Positions 53,176 through 64,000 of a DNA stretch of 64,000 bases are shown one piece after another. Every line of letters starts with the position of its first letter. The first letter of the stretch is position 1. Made by a program: the position numbers and the translations under genes. Source of the stretch: Antedon mediterranea (taxonomy: Eukaryota; Animalia; Echinodermata); contig NC_092675.1 in the NCBI RefSeq assembly GCF_964355755.1, forward strand, positions 18,324,912 to 18,388,911, read 5' to 3'. The notes under the pieces are model-generated. The model saw only the letters and a list, made by a program, of their open reading frames with translations, had not been told where the DNA came from and searched no databases.

Positions 53176-53992
53176 TCAAAATAATTGTTTGATAACTCCA
53201 GGTAAAAATATAGCAAAAATACAGATATTCATGGGTATGAGGACAAACCAAATGATTGAATTCAGCCACTTATTGTGAGCATTGCGCTGAGAAAATAATG
53301 CATTTGTTGGACACTTCTGCATTATTTCCAATTCATCCTCATATTTTTCACAGGCTTTTTTGAGTGTTGAATGCAACCTCTTGAGGGCGGTACATCGCCG
53401 ATTTAAACTGGTTTTATTTACGCGATGTAGCTTCAGATCTCGTTTTAATTTTTGTACACGTAAATTCTGTTCCTTTAACGCCTCTATCTGTGCATGATAT
53501 ACGTTGTTTTTGCTGGATAGTTTTACATGATCTTCCTGTGCTTTCTCGACTAATGATTTCAAATTCATCTGTATTTTCTTCTTTACTATTAGTGTATCTT
53601 TTATGTTTTCTATTAATGTTTTTTCTTCTTCGATTCGACGCTCTTCTTCTTTAAAAATATCATCACATTTTTCATCGTTTTGTCTTTGTTTACAGGTTGA
53701 CGTTGACACATTTAAGCATTCCTTTCCACTATCCTGAAAATCATGAAAAAAGAACTTACGATCGGATTGTTGAAACTCATTTCTAAAAACTCTAGGCCTA
53801 GGTCTTTAACTATTTTTTAAATTATTAAAATTCTACATATTTATTAATATTAAATCGATAATAAATGACAGAATCAATGCAATGTTACCTCTTCCACCAT
53901 AACAATAAATTTTAAAATGACTCGAGAAAACAAATAAATAAAGTAAAACATTACTTATCTCGCCCATGTAATAACTCTTCGGTTACTTGCAT
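53176..53992 (-). CDS. Uncharacterised coiled-coil protein with C-terminal transmembrane segment (~214 aa, two exons)
   Basis: Exon 1 is 53992-53955 (GCACC-ATG context, MQVTEELLHGRD, donor gtaatg). Exon 2 is 53782-53176 (acceptor tttttag). Phases match and the frame is open to TGA. The body is rich in E/K/L/Q and the tail is hydrophobic (IIWFVLIPMNICIFAIFLPGVI). No family recognised. Confidence 0.6.
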
Positions 53993-56216
53993 GGTGCTAA
54001 GAAACCCACTACAGATAAGAACGCGCATCGCGTACACGTTAATTACGTTCCCAAAGCAACTGTAGCTAAGTACGCAGTGAACCGTGTGAAATCAAAGATA
54101 TAGTATATAAGATCTTTGGTGAAAGTGATGATTATAGAGGGCGTACTTGATCATTCTTGATATTTACAAAATAAGGCTTCAGACGTCAGTCTTACTGCTG
54201 GTATCTTACAAATCTGTATCTCGTATAATCATTATAATCTATAGGAAACTCTGAGTCATCGTTGTGATGACGTAGGTTGGTTTAACCCGCAGTTATCGCA
54301 TTATTAAATTATAAGAAGGTATTATTGAAAACTATTAGACTTTCGGTCGTAAAATTGATTAGTAATCTCTAAACAATATAAAATATTATAAATGAGTAAT
54401 AATTCTTGATAAGTCATGAATAGATGATTGTTGATGTGCTGGTTCATACTCAGAGCGTAAAGGAAAACCAGGGAGATGTAAAATACACATCCAAACGGTC
54501 TTAATATATTATTACTTTTTTTAAATATTATTTTTATGTGAAGGGTACAGGAAGGATGTTCAAGATGTATAATTAGGCTGTCCTTGCGTGACAACTGTGT
54601 GACCTCTATTTCAAAAAAGTTGTAGACATTGCCGGAAAACTGTACGTACGTCTGTCAGTAAGTTTGGTGGTGATGCGCGACAGATGATCCTCACATCTAT
54701 GCCAATATATACTCGAAAGACATTATTTTAAACTCATTTGCATTAAATGTAAATAAATACACATACATTAAAACATAGAATTAACAGGGAGGTGTGTAAA
54801 ACGCCGAGAATGCTCAGAACGACACTAGACCGTGTTTCCGTAGCCACAACCAAATATCGGTTAATTTTGATTGCGGAAACACGGCCATATAAATTTTTTG
54901 TTCTCAGCCAACTCGATTGTATAACGTTTGCGAGTTTGAAAAAAAAAGCAAAACATTAAAAAAAATAAAGAAAAGAAAAGAAAAAAAAGCACGATACAAA
55001 TCATTTATTTATTTGAAAGAAAAACATGTAAGGATATAGGTTTACAATAATTTGATCAAACTTGTCACAGTTGAAGATGTTTTAAAAGATAAAAAGATAG
55101 GCCCACCAGAACAGAAAATAAGAAAGTTAGACTTAAAAGGAACTCATTTTCCCCTTGAATGAGAGAGTAAATGAATCTGTTTTTTATGACGTACTAAAAA
55201 TACTGTTTGCCACCCTCTAACGGTCAATATGGATATCATCGTGATAAACACAATAATGTGAACTAAAACATGGATTTATAATCGTGATAACACAATAAGT
55301 TATAGTATGCGGCACATTATTAGAAATTTTGTTTAATTAAATAAATAATTATTAACCAATTAAATTGTTTTGGTACGTACGTCATCCTGTTTATTTCTTT
55401 CTTTCAAAACATGATATTGAATTAATTGAATCTAAATTTATCTATTTGTAATCCCATGGGACTAAACTTTTCCATTTGGAAATTGAACATTTAGTGTTGA
55501 TTCTAAGCGGTATTTTTATGTTTTTCTTTATTATCGTGAACTATTTTACCGGGGTGATCAGAAATCTTGAGAACTTTTATCTATTTTATTGTCTTTTTAT
55601 TAAAGCCAGTCCGACAATTTTTTTTCTACGAAGCGGTTAAGTAGCATCCATTATTTGAGTTAAAAGGTGTATTTCTATTTTTTCAATAAAATACTTCTTA
55701 TCTACTTACACTGCTAGTGTATTCTAAAAAGGCACCAAGATGTGTTTCCCATACTTGACTTGTGTCGGCTCTCATCGTCGAATTTCATACTTTGTTTGTG
55801 TTTGTTTTATACATCACGTATAAGTAAAGATTCATTTGAAATTCAGTCTGTACACAAAAGACACGATGCATCTATCGATGAATCGAAATTAGGCTACAGT
55901 TTTATAACCACAGTTTTTATGCACAAAACCAATCAATATTGGTCGAATGAGCTGGTTACATTTCGTCGTCTTATTAAATTGTGCACGAGTATAGTCTGGG
56001 TCGAGCTTTGACTTATATTAGTTATTGATATAAATATTTTGGCACATGTGGCGTTTCATACGTGTACTTCTTGAGCTTCAGACAAACATCGAACAGCCTC
56101 GAAATAACTGCAGACTTGGGGGAGTCTAACACGAATGTATCCGTAACCAAACCGACCTGAATTGTCAAACTTACGTATACGTATGTGTATCCGGACGGAG
56201 GTTGTGCAAACTGCCT

Positions 56217-56412
56217 TATATGGACATGATAACATCATATCACTACCATATTTGAGTATATCACTACCGTATTTGGGTATATCACTACCATATTTGGGTA
56301 TATCACTACAGTATTTGGGTATATCACTACCATATTTGGGTATATCACTACCATATTTGGGCACAAAATCACACTTTTTTTGTCAAACTAGTTTGATAGT
56401 GTAGACAGAGCT
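56217..56412. mobile_element. PIF/Harbinger-type MITE, family 1 (left end missing; six 21-bp repeats)
   Basis: (atatcactaccatatttgggt)x6, then aaactagtttgatagtgtagacagagct followed by TAA. Confidence 0.85.
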
Positions 56413-59400
56413 TAATACTATTACCAACCACTACCGTAAAGAAGCGATCCTATAGAAACACTTACTTCCCCGACGGTATGTTGGTATTATTCAACATATT
56501 AATTATAGATTCAATTAAATTAATCTTGATTATATTCATAATTATGTTAAAGTAACGCAACCGAGTAAATTAATTAGTAAAGTTGGATGACCAGTAACCA
56601 CGTTTTCATCTTTACCGATGTTTAATAGCATGATCCGAGAATTTAATAAGAAACGTTATAATGACATTTGTGTCGATTTCAGCAACATACCATCTCAAAT
56701 ATCCAGACAATCACGGGGAGAGATCAATAGAACGGCGCATCATAACAAATCTGAGATGGTTCAGGTCAAAATGATTTTGTCAATTCAGTCGATATAAAGT
56801 GTGTTTTAATGATCTTTGCGTTTAAATATAAAGAATGAGCGTTACTTAAAACGACACCATATACTTACTTTGCATATAAGAATAGACGTTGTATAATTTG
56901 ATCCACTGCCTTTCTTATGCCTAGAAACGTATCTAAAACTAATCATGGAACTTTAACATAAGTACTAAATGATAAAGGAGGGGTAATGATAGGATAGACA
57001 GATGCCCTTTTTACTCGAGCTTTTGTGAATACTATTCAAGCGAGCTCTCATATGGGAGCTGCAAGTGCAATATGCCCAGAGAATATTTTCGCGAATAGCA
57101 TTTAGCCAAATAGGCCTACTACATAATGCTACTTTACTGCATCGCATTTATCAAAATGGTGTAGTAAAAAAACAATACAAAACTATATATGTTTCCTACT
57201 CCGAAGATTGACAGTTATTCAATCACTAATTTAATGAACATTTACCCGAAAATCCAAAAAGAAATTAGGTGTAGTGGCATTGAAGTTGTTTCTTTCGTAG
57301 CTGTTTCTTCACTATAACCACACAAGCTTAATATGATCTGTAACTTAAATTGAATTCATGATCCCTGAATTAAGGTTTAGGTATACTTGTTTTTGCATAC
57401 TCAACAACGTATATATTTCGGAATGTTAGCTGAAACGGAAAATCGTTTTTAATTATTAAAACACACGTTGATGTGACTAAGTTTAACGAAGTATGATCTG
57501 AAAATCCAAAAGATTATGCACTAAATTCATTTGGATTTGAGTTTCAAGTCCTTTGGTTTATTTATGTGTTATTTTAGATATCCATACATACGTACATAAG
57601 CAAGATCATGAAATATACTGTTACATTAATGTTATTCTACATTGACTAATCTGTTCATGGACATTGATATCTGACGATTTACCTGCAAATAAGAACTGCA
57701 AAGGTTAACTTTTAAACGAATATAACATACTTTTAAAGTCAAGTGAAAATATATCCCGTCTAGCTGACTATGAACTGAATATCTTAGAGGTGTGAGTTCA
57801 TTAAACTAAGTAAATTAGTGGTGATTGGTATGTCAACAAAACCCGGATAATCATTTTGAATGTTTTGCACCCAAGTTGCCTCTTTTTTTAAAAACAATTT
57901 CTCGAATTTCGCTTTCTGAATTGTTTGTTTCTATAGATCCGTCATTAAGCTATATACACGTTTATATTAAGCTTAGATATATACACGTTTATATTAAACT
58001 TTGACACGATATTAAAATAAGAAACAAATACTGTAGTATAAGGTTGGCATAAATATAACATAAAAACAGTACACGTACAATACTTTTGCAAAAATTAAAT
58101 AATGCCCTAGATTTGGTATGAGTAACAACAATCAACCTAAAATTGATATGAGTTTAATGAAACCACGTGACACTTCACATCAATATTAATTGGCCAAGAT
58201 ATAATAATATACAGCCATCACATGGTACACTTACATCGAACAGGCACTGAATTGACAAATCGCTTTAAATAGTCGTAAAATCAATGATTATCCATTAAAA
58301 TTGACACTTCAACCATTATCTACACTTACGTTCAATAAGATTCATTATGGTCGTTCATCAATGATTCTTTTGCAACTGAAAACAGGTAGAGCCGAATTAC
58401 ATAATATTTTAAAATGTAAATCTAGTTATTCATTTAAAATTAACATAAAGAAATCCAAAACCCAATATTGTTGGACCTATTTTGATGCCTCTCGGGCAGT
58501 CACTGTTATGTCCATGTATCGTCAGTTTTTATTTTATATCTATGTTAATTTTTGTAAATGTTGTTGCTTAACCATACCTTGATGTTAAGGTAAATGGTAA
58601 TAAATTTTGAATTGAATTTTGAATTTTTATCGTCACGTTGGAAGCTAATAATACAGACATACTGTAGGCCTATACATGTCAAAATGCAGAATACCATCAT
58701 CCCAACTTATTTATTCATATTTGTAATAAACAATCATATTAAAATCATGTTAATTTGATTTTAAAAAAAAGATTATAATATACCAAACTTTTGCTCAATA
58801 CATCCACACACATGTCGTAAATAATCTATTTATTGTGTCATAAATAAATTCTAAGATTTAAAACATGAAATCACCATAGGCAATCTGAAATAAAAGAGTA
58901 ATCGAAATCTAGCGTACAGGATGCGTTTTGATGACTTATGTCACTTCATATAATCTTTACCATACAGTGATTAAGTTAGACTTTGAAGTTGGCAAATTTG
59001 ACATTTTCCTCCAGAATGTATTACTGAAGAAGACTGATATACCTTACCTACTATTACTTTTCAGGTATTTAGAATTAAATCAACACAAATTGTAACATTT
59101 CAAAAGTATAAAAGGTTTCCACATAGAATAAATCGTGCTAAAATATTATACAGAAGAAAAGAAAATCAAATTATTTTCATTATTTATTTGGTATTTTTCA
59201 ATATTTAAATAACAGCCCCCCCCCCCCACCCACAAATGTGCGGAGGCAAGGGTCAACCTAAGTGAACTAAACCACTGTAGCTGGATAGATACACATGCAT
59301 TTGTTAAGAATAAATAATCGTGTGTCTATGTTGTCACATTTGATATAGCGTATTCTACCGAGTCTCAATGTGCTGATTTTAGAAAAAGTAAAAAAAAAAA

Positions 59401-61106
59401 CAAAAAAAAAACAAAGGATCATATGCTTACCGACTAAGAGAAAACAAACGTAAAATTAAACAGAGAAACCAAACGTCTATCACAACTTATGATGAATTGA
59501 AAATCATAGGAGGCCTACATGAAAGTCAAATTTCGGATTCTACACCTTTTGGTTGAAAGCTTTAAAAGTATGTTCATATTGTTTATATTGTTGTTGACTT
59601 TGTGAGTATCATATTTGATTTCCAAATAAAGAATTAAGACGTTTTTTTGTCTGTTTCCACGCGTCAAATTATAGATAAGATTGCGGCAACGCGTCAGAAT
59701 GTAGTAGACGACCTGGTAAGCTATAATCTGTTACTGTGTGATACACTCGCACAGGTTTTATTCTGTCATTATTGCGTCTAGTGTTTGACATGATTGATTT
59801 TCAAATAAAACATGTAATCGTGAATCGTAAAACTTATAGATGAGTTGAAACGCGTCAACTAATGAGCTACTTGAGACGCTTCTATTCTGCTATTTTAAAA
59901 CAATGATTGCACAAAATGGACAACGGATACAGAAAATTGGTTAAAGCATTATAACACACTATTTGTGATAATTTATTCAAATCATTATGATTATTTTAAC
60001 GATATTCTGGCTTGACATTCATGGTAAACTTAAACAAATATATCAATATTTTGAATTTCATCTATTAACAAAATTTACATTTTATATATTTACATGATCT
60101 CATAATGGTTTAGTAGATCACTCATTTGAAAAATATTATAATACCAACCTAACATAGGTCTACACAAATGGTAGTTTAGTTGCTCTTTCAAATAGTAGGC
60201 GTTATCATTACATATATACGTTGTTGTTTATGCCATTCTCAACAGTGGTAGTATTGTCATTTTGTTTTTTAAATTAAACGGAGGATTTGAAAAAAAAGTA
60301 GGCATAATGCGGGATGTTTCCATTAGCGCTAACGGGCTTCCATTTCAAATTATTTTTTTTCCTTTCAGTAACAGTCATTATCGTGGTCGTCATTTGTCAC
60401 CTCTGTCATAATCAACATGTCCACTGTCATCATAATCAACAACGTAAACGTTATCTATGTCATAATCATCGCCAACAATCATGTTCTACAATCCTCAATA
60501 CAAGAAAGCTCGACAACGTCATCGCTGACAGATGGCTAATTTACTTATTTTATACAAATTTGACGTGTACCACATTTTTTCAGTGGCATTTAAAGAAACT
60601 ATGATATCTATTTATCTATATAGTACTTGTATAGGTGTATGTTTATAATAATATATATATTATTTCTAAATATAGTTCTTCTACCTAACCATACCTAGAT
60701 TTTCTTTTGAACTAATATTTCTATAATCAATTTCTTACTTACGTCAAATGTTGTAAATTGGTTTATTCACATAGATTTAAATGAAGGTGATACAACCTAT
60801 TCCAGTTCTATTCTATCCTATGATTGAACTTTAATCCAAAACGTTTCCAAAATGACAAGTTATGCAAATTGGATATACAACGGTTGTTTTTAACAGCATG
60901 AGTTTACTTTGAAGATATAAATAGAATGCGAAATGGATAAAACACTTCACAATGCTTTACTCTAAATTACATCAAAGAACTTAAAACACAAGAATCTCCT
61001 GTTCTTCAATTTGCATTCAAAACACAGTATCGGAAGTACAGGGTTAAAAGGTCAAACTGGGCGACGCCATTTCACAGCATGGAGCAGCGCCCCCTCCAAA
61101 CTAGGA

Positions 61107-61369
61107 AGTCAATTACTCTAACCCCCCCCTCCCCCCTAGAGTATTAGCAGATCCCCTCTATGATTTTGACTTTCTAATTTGATGCGGGCGCCCTACTCCT
61201 CAGTCAATTACTCTATCCCCCTAGAGCATTAGCAGATCCCCTCTATGATTTTGACTTTCTAATTTGATGCGGGCGCCCTACTCCTCAGTCAATTACTCTA
61301 TCCCCCCTAGAGCATTAGCAGATCCCCTCTATGATTTTGACTTTCTAATTTGATGCGGGCGCCCTACTC
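61107..61369. repeat. ~85-bp tandem repeat, 3 copies
   Basis: agtcaattactctatcccccctagagcattagcagatcccctctatgattttgactttctaatttgatgcgggcgccctactcc, three times. Confidence 0.95.
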
Positions 61370-62839
61370 CATGGCTCACAATGGCGCCACCCATAGCTCT
61401 ATTCTATCCCACAATGCCTTTCGAAATTGTTACGCGCTTCGGACGAACAGGAGATTCTTGTGTTATAAGTTCTTTGATTACATTTATAAAATATGTGGAA
61501 TAAAATATAAATGTAGGAACAAAAACAGCGAATACAAGGGAAGAAATGTATATTTGTTCATTTTCATTACTGTTGTCATGTGGGAATTCATACGCCAGGA
61601 CGTTGATATTAATGTTATAGCCTGCGTCCTCATGAAAAATTGTAAGCATTTTCTTTCAATTACGCCTACATGTTTTATATATGCAAATGCAAAATGAAAA
61701 AAAAAATATTTCACCATGACTTCATTCTGTTTAATGGGGGTAATACTTTCTTCAACGATCTCCTATTATTCTTCAAAAATAAATTAATATTGACCATATG
61801 TATCTAAATTCAATATTTGAAAATTTTCAGTCATCCTAATTGACTTAACTCTAGGACAGGCCTACCACTATTTAGAAGACCAAGTAACCGATGAATTCAG
61901 AAAGCAATTCACGACATCGATCAATTTGTAGAGGTGCAGAAAATAGTAACATTTCTATTCTTGTTGGTGTCTATTTCGTCACTGTGTTCTATTTATGAAA
62001 GATGCGAACTTTGTTTTTATGACTAGCAAAAATACATTTTATTTACAGGCTAAATATTTCATTAACTAGAAAGTATATTAATTTATTGTATCTTAATAAA
62101 GTAATCAATACTAGTAATCTCTTTTAGTAAATCTATTTCCAGATACACAAAACACATCCACATCCTAAAACTTCAGAATAAAAGAAATAGGTTGCTAGAT
62201 ATTAAAAATACTAAAACTCACTTTTCATCAAATCATCATCATGAGTTTTCATTGTGGAGAGGACAAAGGACGAAAGGACGGAAAGAGTATATTATTGAGC
62301 TTAGACGCATGCGTAGATTATTCTTTTGTATACATTCCGTCTAGTTAAATCTTGCTATTGATCCAAATGCAGACCTATAAGGACTTAAACAACTTTTTCT
62401 AGCTTATCAAAACAGTTACAAAGAAATTGAGTGACGAAAATGACCTCAAATCTCATGCTTTACCAGACAACGATGTAAAAATGTAACAGAATGTCAACTC
62501 AAATCAGAGCGATGAAAGTAACGAACTGACTGGAATCGATATGCAAACAATGCTCAGAAACATTGGTTAAAACAAATGTAACCGCTAACTCTGGCTGGCT
62601 ATGACAAATAGAAGGTAAATTCCCCCGTTATCATTTATAATCTGTTGAATACCATGCATAATGACATTTGAATTAAGTTTGTACAATAGACAGTTAAAGT
62701 ACATTGTATTAATTTGAACAGTCATTAAAAAATTATTTGTAAACGGTTGATGTGTATGAAAATTATTAGCAAAGAAATTTGGCATAATAATATTAACATT
62801 ATTTTACAGAATTGTCTATTTGATTGCAAAACGTAATCA

Positions 62840-64000
62840 TCATTTAAATGGTTTATTAGCAGCAAAGATAAATCCGATTGGCAGAAATATATTAACAATA
62901 GTAAAAATGATCAATAGTGCTCTGTCGATGACAGCGGCTGCTTCTCTCCATTCACGGGCAGAGTCCATATCAGTATCTTTCTTACGCTTCAATTGTGCAA
63001 GGAAATCAAGCTGAGAAGAAATGTTGTTAATACTAGCTTCCAAATTGCGCGTATTATTTGGTCGTTCTTTGGTGTTATTATCTAAACACCCGTTCTGAAA
63101 GGGCTCGGAACCTTGTTGTTGTGAATTCTCATCAGTAATCTTTGCTTTGGTCATTCGCTCATTCAAGTAGACGTTTTTACCAATTAATTCGGTTCGTCTA
63201 AGTTCAGTTTCCTCCTTGTTGTAAAAATGATCGCTAATGTTATCGTTTTTTAAGTCTGTAAGGACAGCCTTCGGTCGACATTTTCCGACAAGTCTAGAAA
63301 CGCAGCCGAAGACAAACCGACGCATCCACGGAGGCATACGAATACAATTTCGTTCCTTGTGATACACGTGTAAAATCCATACAGACATTGCAACCGAAAG
63401 TGCAACCATTCCAATCATAACGATAAAATATTTCCCTGAAAGATAAAATACACATATAACGCTATTAAAAACATTTGAATGAGATTTCCTATAACAAACT
63501 CGCAAACTCTAGCAAACTAAACGTTTGATGGTTTATTACAGTTTCGTTAGCAAACTTTTACCAAATTTGTATTTGCAAACTCGGGAGTTTTCAAACTAAA
63601 GTTTAGTGTAGACTTCTGAAAAAATGTTAGCTGTAGTTTGCCGAATTTTGCCAATTAGCAAACTTTGGAAGACTCTGAAGAGTTTTCTCGAGTTTGCTTT
63701 GCTTACCCAACGAAAAGAAAAAAAAATTAAAAAAAGTACTTACCTATGATAGGAAAAGTGCCATCTGACGCTGGAGGAATTGTAGCAAAGACCAACTGAT
63801 TAAATACAATCAATGATAATAAGACAGTAATCGACAGATTCATTTTTTCTCCCGACTCAGGAGGCAAGTAAAATACCATAATAGATAGTAAAGAAATGAG
63901 AACATATGGTAGAATCAGGTTTATTACATAGAAGTCCGACTTGCGAGATAAGTAGAACGTGTAAGTTAAAACGGTGAAAGGGTCCGGGCAGCATTTGTAA
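62840..64000 (-). CDS. Nicotinic acetylcholine receptor alpha-type subunit (Cys-loop channel), last two coding exons; 5'-partial
   Basis: Exon 64000-63744 reads YKCCPDPFTVLTYTFYLSRKSDFYVINLILPYVLISLLSIMVFYLPPESGEKMNLSITVLLSLIVFNQLVFATIPPASDGTFPII (loop C vicinal Cys, M1, GEK, M2). Exon 63435-62840 reads GKYF..M3..MPPWMRRFV..intracellular loop..EWREAAAVIDR-M4, then stop. Splice phases match. Confidence 0.95.

Noticed and set aside
53734-53759. 26-nt GTAAGT...TTTCAG mini-intron in the orphan gene
   Set aside because: Too short for a typical spliceosomal intron, and removing it breaks the frame; reading through keeps the ORF open.
56056-56404. PKYGSDI / ISLPYLG repeat ORFs
   Set aside because: Translations of the 21-bp repeat inside MITE family 1.
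54300-62800. Short ORFs in the long AT-rich interval before the nAChR 3' end
   Set aside because: Low-complexity I/F/L/K-rich translations with no motifs or consistent splice structure.

Overview
AT-rich, intron-rich animal genomic DNA (a marine invertebrate is an inference; the species cannot be read from the sequence). The window holds five genes. (1) Nearly all of GBF1, a large Sec7-domain Arf-GEF: + strand, 31 coding exons traced by hand over 2643-22262, first coding exon upstream of the window. (2, 3) Two head-to-tail paralogous three-domain gelsolin/severin-like genes on the - strand (25115-30262 and 34415-45841) that differ by one intron. (4) A two-exon gene for an unrecognised ~214-aa coiled-coil protein with a C-terminal membrane anchor (53176-53992, -). 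(5) The 3' part of a nicotinic acetylcholine receptor alpha subunit (62840-64000, -). Introns are filled with non-autonomous mobile elements: TAG...CTA elements with 3-bp TSDs (Academ-like, one a 1.3-kb foldback), a Helitron, Harbinger-type and Kolobok-type elements, two LINE remnants and several minisatellites, some apparently grown out of MITE interiors. I found no clear new biological system. The best leads are the orphan tail-anchored gene, the gelsolin pair, the atypical nAChR residues and the nested or palindromic elements. Most short ORFs in the track are spurious.
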